64,000 nt of DNA, from positions 160,001-224,000 of the forward strand of contig OZ253553.1 in assembly GCA_965262715.1 (NCBI GenBank), in the 5' to 3' direction. Shown piece after piece: positions 51,145 through 61,504 of the stretch (position 1 is its first letter; each line of letters opens with the position of its first letter). The DNA is from Bdellovibrionales bacterium (lineage in GTDB: Bacteria > Bdellovibrionota > Bdellovibrionia > Bdellovibrionales > JAUICD01). Under the pieces are notes generated by a model that did not search any database, was not told the origin of the DNA, and worked only from the letters and a program-made list of their open reading frames with translations. Made by a program: the position numbers and the translations under genes.

Positions 51145-51468
51145 TCATAATACAGCGTTTGCACATTCATCTGTAAGGCTAAGGTCTGTTACTGTGACTA
51201 ATATCTCAGCAATATCATATTTGTTCTTTTTTATAGCAAAAGCTAAAGGTTCTCTTTTAATAAAACCAAAAGACCTATATGCATCTTGTTGAACATTAGG
51301 GCCTGCTCCTGCATCCAATAGCATATTAACAATATCTGTATGTTCCCATAAAACAGCTGTTGCTAAAGGAGTATATGCAGGAAATAAAAACCTAAAAAAT
51401 CCAGTACTTCTAGATCTTTTATTAAGATCAACTCCAGAACGTATTAACCTAGAAACCTCATTAACCAA
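51145..51468 (-). pseudogene. Ankyrin-repeat gene fragment, paralog of 44679..45140, lacking its N-terminus
   Basis: TGFFRFLFPAYTPLATAVLW vs TGFLNFLSTPMTPLEAAILW; begins inside the murG 3' end; frame continues past the TGA. Confidence 0.7.
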
Positions 51469-52561
51469 CGACGGTCATAATGCGCTCGGCCATTTTTTCT
51501 GCAGCACCCTTTTTATAAAATTTGGAAATATTATCTTCTAGAGTTTTTTTAAGAATCCGATTATTAACAATACCCAATATTTCTTTTTCTAATTTTTCAG
51601 GATTTAAATCTCTCTCTAAAATCATTACACATGCTTTTTGATCTAATAAAGCTTGTACATTTTTCTTTTGATGATCCTCTGATGCAAAGGAAAAAGGTAT
51701 AAGAATAGATGCCTTACCTATAGCTGCAAGCTCAAAAATAGTGCTTGCTCCTCCACGGCAAACTACAATATCAGCCCATTCATAATCCTTTTCTATCTTT
51801 TCTAAATAAGGAAGAACTTTTATATTTGAAAAATGTTTTAGTTCATTGTAAGTACTGTGATAATTTTGTTTGCCTGTTTGAAGTCTTACTCGAAGATTTT
51901 TGAAACACTCAGGTTGTTTTTTCACCCATTGAACAATACAATGATTGATTTTTTGAGCACCAAGACTTCCTCCAAAAATTAAAATATGATGGCTCTTATT
52001 TAAATTTTGTTTTTTCTGAGTCGCTAAATCTTCAATTTCCTTACGAACAGGTATAGATATTTTATAGCAAGGGTTACGATTTTTAAGATGAGCTTTAGCA
52101 CTATCAAGTACTATCCAACATTCCTTAACAAAACAGGATAAGATGCGATTTGTAAGCCCTGGGTAAGCATTCATCTCCCATAAGGCTGTATGAAATCCCA
52201 TTAACGAGCCTACCATCATTAAAGGCCCAGAAGCATATCCTCCCATCCCTAAGATGTAACAAGGACGTATTTTACAAAGCAAGTAAATACTTTTTAAAAA
52301 AGCAAATGGAATTAATAAACACACTTTGCATTTTTTTAAAAAACTTACATTTTGCCAACCTTTTATAGGCAGAAAGTGTAGAGGTATTTCCTTAGGAACA
52401 ATGTCCTTTTCTAATCCATATTGAGTGCCTACAAAATGGACTTGCCAGTTAGGGTTTACCTTTAATAAAGCACTAGCTACTGCAAGGCCCGGGTAAATAT
52501 GACCTCCCGTTCCTCCACCTGTGATGATTATTTTTTTTATAGAAGGTTTATGTTTTATCAA
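51461..52561 (-). CDS. murG: Undecaprenyldiphospho-muramoylpentapeptide GlcNAc transferase
   Basis: GGGTGGHIYPG, GMGGYASGP, FGGSLGA, CRGGASTIFE, HQKKN. Confidence 0.97.
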   Translation of the reverse strand: MIKHKPSIKKIIITGGGTGGHIYPGLAVASALLKVNPNWQVHFVGTQYGLEKDIVPKEIPLHFLPIKGWQNVSFLKKCKVCLLIPFAFLKSIYLLCKIRPCYILGMGGYASGPLMMVGSLMGFHTALWEMNAYPGLTNRILSCFVKECWIVLDSAKAHLKNRNPCYKISIPVRKEIEDLATQKKQNLNKSHHILIFGGSLGAQKINHCIVQWVKKQPECFKNLRVRLQTGKQNYHSTYNELKHFSNIKVLPYLEKIEKDYEWADIVVCRGGASTIFELAAIGKASILIPFSFASEDHQKKNVQALLDQKACVMILERDLNPEKLEKEILGIVNNRILKKTLEDNISKFYKKGAAEKMAERIMTVVG

Positions 52562-53786
52562 AGGAAACTCTTTGAATAGCTAAAGCAAAACCAAAAAGCA
52601 AAGACATAGAAATTAAGGAAGAACCTCCATAACTTAAAAAAGGTAATGTCAGCCCTTTTGTAGGCAGCATTCCTAAGGATACGCTAAAGTTGATAAAAGT
52701 TTGAATTCCAAATGTTAATGTCAATCCAAGAAAGACATACCTTAACTTTTCTTCCCAAATACTTTTAGATAAATGAAAAAGCCGAAATAAAATAATCCCA
52801 AATAAAATTAAAACAAGGCTAACACCTATAAAGCCAGCTTCTTCTCCTAAAACAGAGAGAGTAAAATCAGTGTGAGCTTCTGGCAGAAAATAAAGCTTTG
52901 ATTGACCATTGCCTAAACCTATTCCCATCAAGCCTCCTGTATGAAACCCTAAAAGACTTTGTATTGTTTGAAATCCACTTGAAGAAAACCTAGACCAGGG
53001 ATCTAAAAAAGATTTAAACCGTTCTACTCTATAAGGTGAAACTACCATAAATACAAACAAAGAGAAAGAAGATAAAAAACCCGTGAGTAAAAGAGTCGAC
53101 CACCTAATTCCTTTTAAAAACATAAGAGAAAAAAGCACTAAATAATAAATTACAAGTGCCCCAAAGTCAGGTTGTTTAATAAATATAAAGATTGGCAATA
53201 ATCCTAGAATAACTAGAAACAAGCGTGATATAGAACTTATCCTCTCCCAATTCTTTACAATCAGTGGTCCAACAACAAATGGAAGACTCACTTTAAAAAA
53301 CTCAGAAGGTTCTAAACGAAAATCAAAAGGTAAATTGATCCATCTAGTAGCCCCTCCAACCTTAACACCTATTTGAGGAATCAGTGTCAAAATCAATAAA
53401 AAGAGAGATATAGCAAATATCGTGACTCCTAGGGGAAGGATCCAATCCTTAGATAGTAGAGAAACAAAAAGCATAAGGCAAAGTCCCATGATCACAAACA
53501 AAAGTTGCTTTTGAAAGAAAAAAAGACCATCATTATATATATCTGTGGCATAAATATAACTAGCACTGTATATTTGTACCAGCCCAATACCCATCAAGAA
53601 AAAAATCATAATAAATAAAAAGCGATCTATCTCTAAAACATTCTTAAAAGATAAGTATCTTAATAATGGAATACGATCGACTGCCAAGTGAGCTATTGAC
53701 TCAGTCTGAATATAGGATCTATTTTGAATGTAGGTTTTAATATTTCTTAAATACTTTATCATAAAAAATATCTTTATATATGCCAA
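52548..53786 (-). CDS. ftsW: SEDS peptidoglycan polymerase FtsW
   Basis: GATRWI, EPSEFFK, QPDFG, LPEAHTDF, LPFLSYGGSS; upstream of murG. Confidence 0.93.
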   Translation of the reverse strand: MAYIKIFFMIKYLRNIKTYIQNRSYIQTESIAHLAVDRIPLLRYLSFKNVLEIDRFLFIMIFFLMGIGLVQIYSASYIYATDIYNDGLFFFQKQLLFVIMGLCLMLFVSLLSKDWILPLGVTIFAISLFLLILTLIPQIGVKVGGATRWINLPFDFRLEPSEFFKVSLPFVVGPLIVKNWERISSISRLFLVILGLLPIFIFIKQPDFGALVIYYLVLFSLMFLKGIRWSTLLLTGFLSSFSLFVFMVVSPYRVERFKSFLDPWSRFSSSGFQTIQSLLGFHTGGLMGIGLGNGQSKLYFLPEAHTDFTLSVLGEEAGFIGVSLVLILFGIILFRLFHLSKSIWEEKLRYVFLGLTLTFGIQTFINFSVSLGMLPTKGLTLPFLSYGGSSLISMSLLFGFALAIQRVSFDKT

Positions 53787-53866
53787 TTTATCAATAACAT
53801 AAATTTATCAATAAACAAAGATAAGTTAAAGCTATTTTTTATATGTCTGCGAATTTTATTAAAAAA

Positions 53867-54877
53867 TTAGACTGACCCGGGAAGGATAATACCTTTAGAC
53901 TCAAGGTTTTGAATAGATTGTTCAAATGTGACCATACCTTGTGCCTTACCTGTTTGCATCACTGAAGGTAACTGAGAGCTTTTATTTTCACGAATGAGAT
54001 TTGAAACAGCAGGTGTGACAACTAGCACTTCAAAAATACCTACTCTGCCTTTTTTATCAGCTCTTTTGACTAAAGTCTGTGCAACTATACCTTGTAAAGA
54101 TTCAGAAAGCATAGCTCTGATCTGTGACTGTTTCTCACCGGGAAAGACATCCACAATCCTATTGACTGTTTGTACTGCGCTATTGGTATGAAGTGTTCCA
54201 AAAACAAGATGCCCTGTCTCTGCAGCTGTTAAGGCTAGCTGAATCGTTTCTAAGTCTCTCATTTCCCCCACTAATATCACATCTGGGTCCTCTCTCAGCG
54301 CAACCTTTAACGCATCAGAAAAAGACTTAGTGTGTGTATTGATTTCTCTTTGAGATATTAAACACTGTTTATTTTGGTGCACAAATTCAATAGGGTCTTC
54401 AATAGTTATAATGTGCAGGTTATATGTTTTATTGATCAAATCAACCAAGGAGGATATCGTAGTTGATTTACCAGAACCTGTATAACCCGTCACTAAAACT
54501 AATCCATTGTGATGGGAACTCAAATCAACAACGGACTTTGGTAACCCCAGCTTACTATGAGGAACAATTTCATCAGGAATGTATCGAAAAACACCAGCTA
54601 TTCCTCGCAATTGCATAAATACATTCAGACGAAACCGGCCGACTCCTTTTATGCTATAAGCGCAGTCCAGTTGTAAGTTTTCCGTAAAAAGTTTTTTTTG
54701 CTTTTCTGTTAAAAGTTCAAAGAGCAGCCCTTGACACTCTGCTGCAGTTAAATCTCTATATTTAATAGGATGCATGTCCCCATGAATACGTATATAAGGA
54801 GGACAGCCACTGCTGATGTGCAAATCTGATCCATTTGTTTCTTTTACTTTACATAATAACTCGTCTAATTTTGCCAC
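53867..54877 (-). CDS. pilT: Type IV pilus retraction ATPase
   Basis: SDLH, GYTGSGKSTT, TIEDPIE, ALREDPDVILVGEMRD, GHLVFGTLHT, NLIRE. Confidence 0.95.
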   Translation of the reverse strand: MAKLDELLCKVKETNGSDLHISSGCPPYIRIHGDMHPIKYRDLTAAECQGLLFELLTEKQKKLFTENLQLDCAYSIKGVGRFRLNVFMQLRGIAGVFRYIPDEIVPHSKLGLPKSVVDLSSHHNGLVLVTGYTGSGKSTTISSLVDLINKTYNLHIITIEDPIEFVHQNKQCLISQREINTHTKSFSDALKVALREDPDVILVGEMRDLETIQLALTAAETGHLVFGTLHTNSAVQTVNRIVDVFPGEKQSQIRAMLSESLQGIVAQTLVKRADKKGRVGIFEVLVVTPAVSNLIRENKSSQLPSVMQTGKAQGMVTFEQSIQNLESKGIILPGSV

Positions 54878-55154
54878 ACTGTCTCACTTTTTCTCATTAT
54901 TGTTCTAGTAAACAATTTTTATCTCTAAACTTGATATCTCTTGAATATTATCGGATATCATTTCAAATATCATTAAGATATTTAAAATATTTTTAAACAA
55001 AAATGACATTCATTATCAACAATCTATTTATAAGAATATAGACTCTTGAGAAGTCATCTTAATCTTAGAACAATAAATTTCTCTAGAATTTCACCGGATA
55101 CTTGATTTGTCAGCACAATTCATCTAACTTCTTTACTATAAAAAGGTTGGTAGA

Positions 55155-57065
55155 ATGAAAAAAGCAGATAAAGATATCAATGAACAAGTTAGGGAAAAAT
55201 GGAAAGAGCAACTGAAAATCTTTCCAAAAACACCTGGCGTTTATTTAATGAAAAATAAACTCAATCAGATCATCTATATAGGTAAAGCAAAAAACCTTAG
55301 AGATAGAGTTTCCAGTTATTTTATAAAAAGTCATTCGACCTCAGAGAAAGTTTTTTATAAGACATATTTCTTAGTCCGTCAAATTCACAGTATTGATCAC
55401 ATCAAGACAATGACAGAAGTTGAAGCCTTTTTATTAGAAGCTTCCTTAGTTAAGAAACATCACCCTAGATACAATATACGTCTAAAAGATGATAAAGCCT
55501 ATCCATATATTCGGCTAAGTCTTCAGGATACATTTCCAAGATTCTATTTAAGTCGAAGAGTTAAGCAAGATGGTTCTATTTATTTTGGTCCTTACACACA
55601 AAGTTCTTTTGTTAAGGAAACAATGCATATTTTGAATAAAACCTTTCAACTACGAGACTGCAAAAACACATTCTTTAAAAGTCGAACACGTCCTTGCCTA
55701 ACTCATCAAATTGGCCATTGTTCTGCTCCTTGTGTTAAACTAATTACACAAAAGAAATACAACCAAAGTGTTAATAAAGCATTGGAATTTTTAAAAGGCC
55801 AGAATCAAAAACTTTTTACAAACTTAAACAAACAAATGAAAAAAGCAGCATCTCTAGAACAATTTGAAGTAGCTGCTAGACTAAGAGATGCTTTACTTGC
55901 TATGGAGAGATCTTTAGAAAAACTACCTATGATTGATAAAAAGTCTAAGATAGACCAAGACGTCATTGGATATTTTGGTGATGAAAAAGGCACACTTCTG
56001 GCAATGCTACATATTCGAAATGGCCGTCAAATTGGCGAACACTTCCAGCTCTTTTCTGTCAATGCTCGCTCTCCAATAGCTGACATCAAAAATATTTTCT
56101 TAGCTTTTATCAATCAGTTCTACGTAGATCATATCATTCCAGACGAACTGCTTATATCTATTGATTTACCAAAAGATATAAAAGCCCTTATTCAAAAAGC
56201 TCTACAACAAAAATCTGATAAAAAAGTACGTGTACGATTTCCTGTTGATACTCATGGCAGTAAATTACTACAAAAAGTAGACCTTTTTGCTCATGATCTT
56301 TTTAAAGAACAAGTACAAAAAACAGAGCAAAAAAGCCAAGGACTACTTGATATACAAAAGCGCTTTGCCTTAAAAGAATTTCCAAAGCGCATAGAATGTT
56401 TTGATATATCCACCTTACAAGGCAAAAACACAGTAGCATCCCAAGTCGTTTTTGAAGATGGCATTCCTGCAAAAGAATATTATAGACATTACAAAATTAA
56501 AAAAGTGAAAAAAATAGACGACTTTGCATCCATGAAAGAAGTATTATCTAGAAGACTCAGTCATACAGAATATGAAGATCCTCAGCTCATTTTATTAGAT
56601 GGAGGTAAGGGGCAATTAAATGTAGCTTTAGAAGTACTTAAAGAACTAGGAAGAGATGATATTCCAGTTGCTGCTCTAGCTAAAGCTAGAAGTCAGTTTT
56701 CTAAGAAGGGCAAAAAGGATTCATCTTTAGCTACTCATTCAGAAGAAAGATTCTTCTTACCTGGTCGTAAGAATCCTGTTATTTTTAAACCTCAATCTCA
56801 ACCTTTTCAAATTTTGGTAAGCTTAAGAGATGAGGCGCATCGCTTTGCAATAACACATCATAGGAAATTAAGAACAAAAGACGCTTTTGAAAGCCAATTA
56901 GATCATATTAAAGGACTGAGTCAGCAAAAAAAAGCTACACTCTTAGAACATTTTCAAACTATAGAAGATATCAGGCAAGCTTCTGCACAAGAGATCAGCC
57001 AGCTTAAAGGCTTTAGTCACATTTTAGCAGAACGTATTCTTATCTCTCTAAAAAAGACTTCTTAA
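55155..57065 (+). CDS. uvrC: Excinuclease ABC subunit C
   Basis: PGVYLM..IIYIGKAKNL, YFGPY, RIECFDIS, LLDGGKGQ, RDEAHRFA. Confidence 0.98.
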   Translation: MKKADKDINEQVREKWKEQLKIFPKTPGVYLMKNKLNQIIYIGKAKNLRDRVSSYFIKSHSTSEKVFYKTYFLVRQIHSIDHIKTMTEVEAFLLEASLVKKHHPRYNIRLKDDKAYPYIRLSLQDTFPRFYLSRRVKQDGSIYFGPYTQSSFVKETMHILNKTFQLRDCKNTFFKSRTRPCLTHQIGHCSAPCVKLITQKKYNQSVNKALEFLKGQNQKLFTNLNKQMKKAASLEQFEVAARLRDALLAMERSLEKLPMIDKKSKIDQDVIGYFGDEKGTLLAMLHIRNGRQIGEHFQLFSVNARSPIADIKNIFLAFINQFYVDHIIPDELLISIDLPKDIKALIQKALQQKSDKKVRVRFPVDTHGSKLLQKVDLFAHDLFKEQVQKTEQKSQGLLDIQKRFALKEFPKRIECFDISTLQGKNTVASQVVFEDGIPAKEYYRHYKIKKVKKIDDFASMKEVLSRRLSHTEYEDPQLILLDGGKGQLNVALEVLKELGRDDIPVAALAKARSQFSKKGKKDSSLATHSEERFFLPGRKNPVIFKPQSQPFQILVSLRDEAHRFAITHHRKLRTKDAFESQLDHIKGLSQQKKATLLEHFQTIEDIRQASAQEISQLKGFSHILAERILISLKKTS

Positions 57066-57228
57066 TCCTTAGGCGACCTCTACAAAATAACAACAACTTC
57101 TAGATGTATGTACAGTTTTTTATAAATATTTTCAGATCACTTTAAGTTCTTATTTTATGTACCGAAATGATAACAGTTCACTTAATAGTGTTATTTTTTT
57201 AGACTAAACTATTAAAGTTAGAAGGAGT

Positions 57229-57600
57229 TTGGTGATGTTAAAAATGAGGCAGTCTTCTATTTCACCTAATCTTAATGTGGAATATAAAAAAAAATATGCT
57301 CGCCATCTTAGAATTGGAAGGCTTAGAGATATTAGTAATTCTGAGGCATATTTACTGACTGAAGATGACAAAGCTCTCTTTAACTTAAGAGATGAAATTT
57401 TTATTACTCTAGAGTTAGGTCAACGCAAACGTACACTTCAAGCTTCTGTGATTGCAAATGATACTCAAGGAGTAAAAGTAAAATTCCATTTCTATAATAA
57501 TAGAGAGTATCAAATTATTGATGACCTGATATACTTTATCGAAAAGTCCAAAGAAGAAAGACGTGAATCTTTAGATTTTATCTTTAGCCAAACCCTATAG
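57229..57600 (+). CDS. PilZ-like domain protein
   Basis: GRLRDISNSEAYL (degenerate D/NxSxxG motif), GVKVKF. Confidence 0.55.
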   Translation: MVMLKMRQSSISPNLNVEYKKKYARHLRIGRLRDISNSEAYLLTEDDKALFNLRDEIFITLELGQRKRTLQASVIANDTQGVKVKFHFYNNREYQIIDDLIYFIEKSKEERRESLDFIFSQTL

Positions 57601-57903
57601 AAAGTTTATCATTATATAAGTTGGAATCATTCAAAATGAATCTGCTTCCGGCAGTAAATTAAAAGCTCAAAGTCTTTATGTCAAAGGCGGACTATCTATT
57701 AAGAAATAGCACAACGTGTCAGAAAGGCCTTCTACTATTAATATTAAGTTCTCTAACTCTAATCCCACAAAACGCTTTAAATTTATTTTAATTAACAGTT
57801 CTTATATTTAACCGATCATCATCTCAAAGAGCTATGAATTTTTTACAAAAACCATGAACCTTTTACAAGGTAAGCTAAAAGTATTTGTATTTTAAATTCC
57901 TTA

Positions 57904-58571
57904 ATGATATTATTCAAAACAAGTTTAATAAAGAAGGAGAAGTTATCTATGAAACACTTAAAACTTAAAGCATCTAATATTTCATTAAAAACCACTCTAA
58001 GGTTATCTATTTTTATTTTACTAACAAGTTTTTTTATTACTTCTCATATTTTTGCCCAAACTAATACACAAGACGATACAATAGAAGTAAGAGTGCTAGC
58101 CAGAGACATAGATAGGTTAAACGAACGTATAGAGGCACTACAATGGCGAGTTAACTATTTAGAAGAGGAAATGCCCTCCCCTCTCCTATACTCAACTCAA
58201 AGTTTTCTCCTTTTAGAGCAGCATCTACTATATTAGGTCCATTTACATTAGGCATTTTTGCAACGACCTCTGAGATAACAGAGATAAGAAGCTCTGAAAA
58301 GGGAAGATACGAACGATATGATAGGTTAAACTCATCACGTAAACAAGTAATAGATGAATTGGACGATTTGACAGATTTATGGTATCAAAAAATGGAATAT
58401 CTTGAAACTCTAGCAGAGTCTTATGACCTTCCTGATGATTATCACTGTGAAGACTCAGCTGTCACTTTTGCATATGGCAGTAATGATGGTGACATGAGAT
58501 GTCTTATAAGTTTTTACTTGGATAATTATAATAATGACGATCCAGGTAATCCATATCGACATCTCAGATAG
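57904..58571 (+). pseudogene. Secreted hypothetical protein split by a probable 1-nt frameshift near 58205
   Basis: The frame of 58359..58571 is open back to ~58155 (SPFRAASTILGPFTLGIF...) and overlaps 57904..58236. Confidence 0.6.
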
Positions 58572-58777
58572 AGGCTCAAAAAACATAAACTCTTCTTTAT
58601 TCACCTCTAAACAAAGTAAAAAATGGTAAAAAAATTTATACAAAAGCCTTGATTTTATAGTATAGCCATCAATTTTCATCTATGAACCTATATTTTATTT
58701 ATTGGTGAACTTTTCAATAATTTAAATACTTTATATTGTAACTTTTAACTAAAAATCACACCAAAAGGAGTATTTTT

Positions 58778-59644
58778 ATGAGCATTTCCAGCAGTCTTAC
58801 AGATTTTAAAGCACGGCAGTTTTATGTTTTGATAAAATCACATCTCTCAGCTTTAATTTTTATCAGTGTATTTTTGTTAAGTGTGTCATCCTTAGCTCAA
58901 AATCACATTAAATGTGAGGCAGCAGAACATTTTGTTAAAAATACTCCAGGTCAAACTAATTATTGCTGGCTTTTTCGATGTAACGGATTAAGAGATGTCC
59001 TTGCTTTAGAACCTTCTGATATTCAAGTCCAAGCCACACTAGAATCTTGTGGTTGGGGAGGTTGTACAGAACGAATAATACAACAAGATTTAGAAGGTAT
59101 CATCTATCGTGGTGATAATAGATTTCAGAGAGGAGATGGTAACCTGAGATCAATTTTAGTACCTGCTGGAGTTGCTTACAATAGGGATTGGCAATGTAAT
59201 GGACCTTTTGAACAAGTTCTTAATGATGTATCACAAAGCTCTTCATTCAACCCAAGGCATCTGCCAAACCCTGAGATTGATGATGAAATCTCTTGTCAGT
59301 CTATAGGTCCTATACAGGCTAAAAGGTTTACTAGGGAAGAACAAAGATACTACGGGTTTAACAGCGATGACTATTTATGTTATTCAAATGTTCAAAATTG
59401 CAGTGCTAATGGTATGCCCATTAATACAGACATCTTTATTTGCGATACTGCAAGGAACGCTTGTTCTACAGGTTATGCAGGTGGAGTATTATGTCCATGT
59501 CCAATAAACCTTAATGAATGTGCAAAAGATGTAATTGATAATGATGGTGCTTACATAGGAGATCATGAAATGATCCAAGCTGATGATGATGAGCTATCCA
59601 CAAATTCTAGCCCACAGAGAAGACCAGGAAGAAGGAGACGATGA
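58778..59644 (+). CDS. Secreted cysteine-rich protein
   Basis: AAGGAG RBS, signal peptide, many Cys, basic C-terminal tail. Confidence 0.7.
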   Translation: MSISSSLTDFKARQFYVLIKSHLSALIFISVFLLSVSSLAQNHIKCEAAEHFVKNTPGQTNYCWLFRCNGLRDVLALEPSDIQVQATLESCGWGGCTERIIQQDLEGIIYRGDNRFQRGDGNLRSILVPAGVAYNRDWQCNGPFEQVLNDVSQSSSFNPRHLPNPEIDDEISCQSIGPIQAKRFTREEQRYYGFNSDDYLCYSNVQNCSANGMPINTDIFICDTARNACSTGYAGGVLCPCPINLNECAKDVIDNDGAYIGDHEMIQADDDELSTNSSPQRRPGRRRR

Positions 59645-59728
59645 ATACAAAACATTTCAAAGTTAATGCTTAATCCTTATAACCATGAGACCTGAGTTTG
59701 GCAGTTGAAAAAACAAAGTTGAGTAACT

Positions 59729-59966
59729 TTAATTACTTAAATGCGGGTTGGGGTTTTGTGCCACTACATTTTTATGGTTTGTTATGACACCATGAATGCC
59801 GCTCCGTTGAGCGTCTCGATCTATTCTTCGTTGATAGTAACTTCTTGATGTGCTCAAATAAAAGTAGCTTAAAGATGATCTCTCGATCAGAGAGATTGCT
59901 AAAAAGTTTTCGTGCTCAACAAACAAAATCAGTTGCTTACTTTTAAAAATATCTATTGCAATTTGA
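59729..59966. pseudogene. Mobile-element debris: IS1634-like transposase scrap (minus) and stop-riddled HTH scrap (plus)
   Basis: Minus strand RIDRDAQRSGIHGVITN; plus strand VLK*K*LKDDLSIREIAKKFSCSTNKI. Confidence 0.45.
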
Positions 59967-59975
59967 ACTTACGGG

Positions 59976-61481
59976 CTATGGGCCTGTTGGAAATGCTGAG
60001 TATGAAGGAGATTCAAGTGCGGTTAAGATTTTTGAGTGCAAGCCTCCAAAGGCTCCATTACTCATAATCAATACCACATCCCCTTTTTGTACATTTTGTT
60101 TTACTAAGTCAACTATATTTTCTAAGTTTTTACCTATAAAAACTTGGCCACTTAATCTGTTAATTTCTTTTTTATTCTTGATATCCGTAACTAATTTTTT
60201 AACATCCAGTCTTTCACTTTCAAACAATAGATCTTTTTTATATACGTCAGATAAAATTGCAAATTGAGCTTGCGAAAAAGCATCTATATATTCTTGTTGA
60301 AAAATAGCTCTACGTGATGTAGCTGATCGAGGTTCAAAAATAGAGATCACCTGAGAATCTTTAAAATGCTCTTGAACAGACTTTATAGTTTCTTTGACAG
60401 CAGTAGGGTGATGAGCAAAATCATCAATGACAGTGATACCTCTAGGCCTGCCTATTATTTCCTGCCTTCTTTTAACTCCTAAAAAACTTTTAAAGCCTTC
60501 ACAAATAGCCTTGCTTGAAAGTCCTATATTCATCTCTGAGATCAAAGTATATACAGCTAAAGCATTTGCCCTATTGTAATCTCCAAAAAGAGGTAAATTA
60601 AGTGTTACATCATTCTTTTTGTTAGAAGATATTATATCCATTTGATTTTTCTGAATATTTTCTATCCAATAATCAGGTGGAATGTGAGACTTCTTAAGGT
60701 CAAGAGCGTAAGACTTGATATTATGACAAGAAGACTCTTTTAACATTTCACATATCACCTTATCTTGCCCATTAACTACTAATAAACCATTTTGAGGGAT
60801 CATTTGCAGAAGCTTTTTAAAGGCTGCTTTAACAGCGTCAAAGTTAGAATAAATATCTATATGGTCCATTTCAATAGATGTTAAAATCACAAATTGAGGT
60901 TTATAATGAGTGAACTTAGGAACTTTATCAAAAAAGGCAGAGTCATATTCGTCGCCTTCAATAACAAAAATTCCTTCATTAGGCTCAAATGTAGGCAAAT
61001 GGAAGGAAACATCAAAATTTTGAGGAATCCCTCCAATCAAAAATCCAGGCTTTTTTCCGCAAGATGTAAGTATCCAACTAAGCAGTGCTGTGCAAGTTGT
61101 CTTACCATGAGTTCCACATACAACAATGCTTTTCTGATCAGCAATAATAGACTCTCCAATCATTTCTGGCAAACTTGTATAAGGAATACCTGATTGGAGT
61201 AAAAATTGAACTTCTTCATGCTTTCTGGTCATCACATTACCTACAACCACCAAGTCAGGAAGTGACTTTAACCTATCTAGTGTCTCTGAAATAGGAATAT
61301 TCAACTTTTGTAATTGCAATGACATAGGAGGATAAACATCTTTATCGCTACCTGTGATATAATATCTCTTTTGCTTTAGTAATCCTGCAAGACTGGCCAT
61401 CGCTGTGCCACAGATGCCCATTAAGTGAATATGTGAACCTTCTTTGAGGATATTGAGCCACTCAGTTTTTTTTTGATTCAA
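59976..61481 (-). CDS. mpl: Murein peptide ligase
   Basis: HIHLMGICGTAMASLA, VYPPMS, GTHGKTT, EGDEYDSAFFDK, DDFAHHPTA, EPRSAT, MSNGAFGG. Confidence 0.93.
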   Translation of the reverse strand: MNQKKTEWLNILKEGSHIHLMGICGTAMASLAGLLKQKRYYITGSDKDVYPPMSLQLQKLNIPISETLDRLKSLPDLVVVGNVMTRKHEEVQFLLQSGIPYTSLPEMIGESIIADQKSIVVCGTHGKTTCTALLSWILTSCGKKPGFLIGGIPQNFDVSFHLPTFEPNEGIFVIEGDEYDSAFFDKVPKFTHYKPQFVILTSIEMDHIDIYSNFDAVKAAFKKLLQMIPQNGLLVVNGQDKVICEMLKESSCHNIKSYALDLKKSHIPPDYWIENIQKNQMDIISSNKKNDVTLNLPLFGDYNRANALAVYTLISEMNIGLSSKAICEGFKSFLGVKRRQEIIGRPRGITVIDDFAHHPTAVKETIKSVQEHFKDSQVISIFEPRSATSRRAIFQQEYIDAFSQAQFAILSDVYKKDLLFESERLDVKKLVTDIKNKKEINRLSGQVFIGKNLENIVDLVKQNVQKGDVVLIMSNGAFGGLHSKILTALESPSYSAFPTGP

Positions 61482-61504
61482 CTTATTTTCTCCTAAAAGA
61501 AAGC

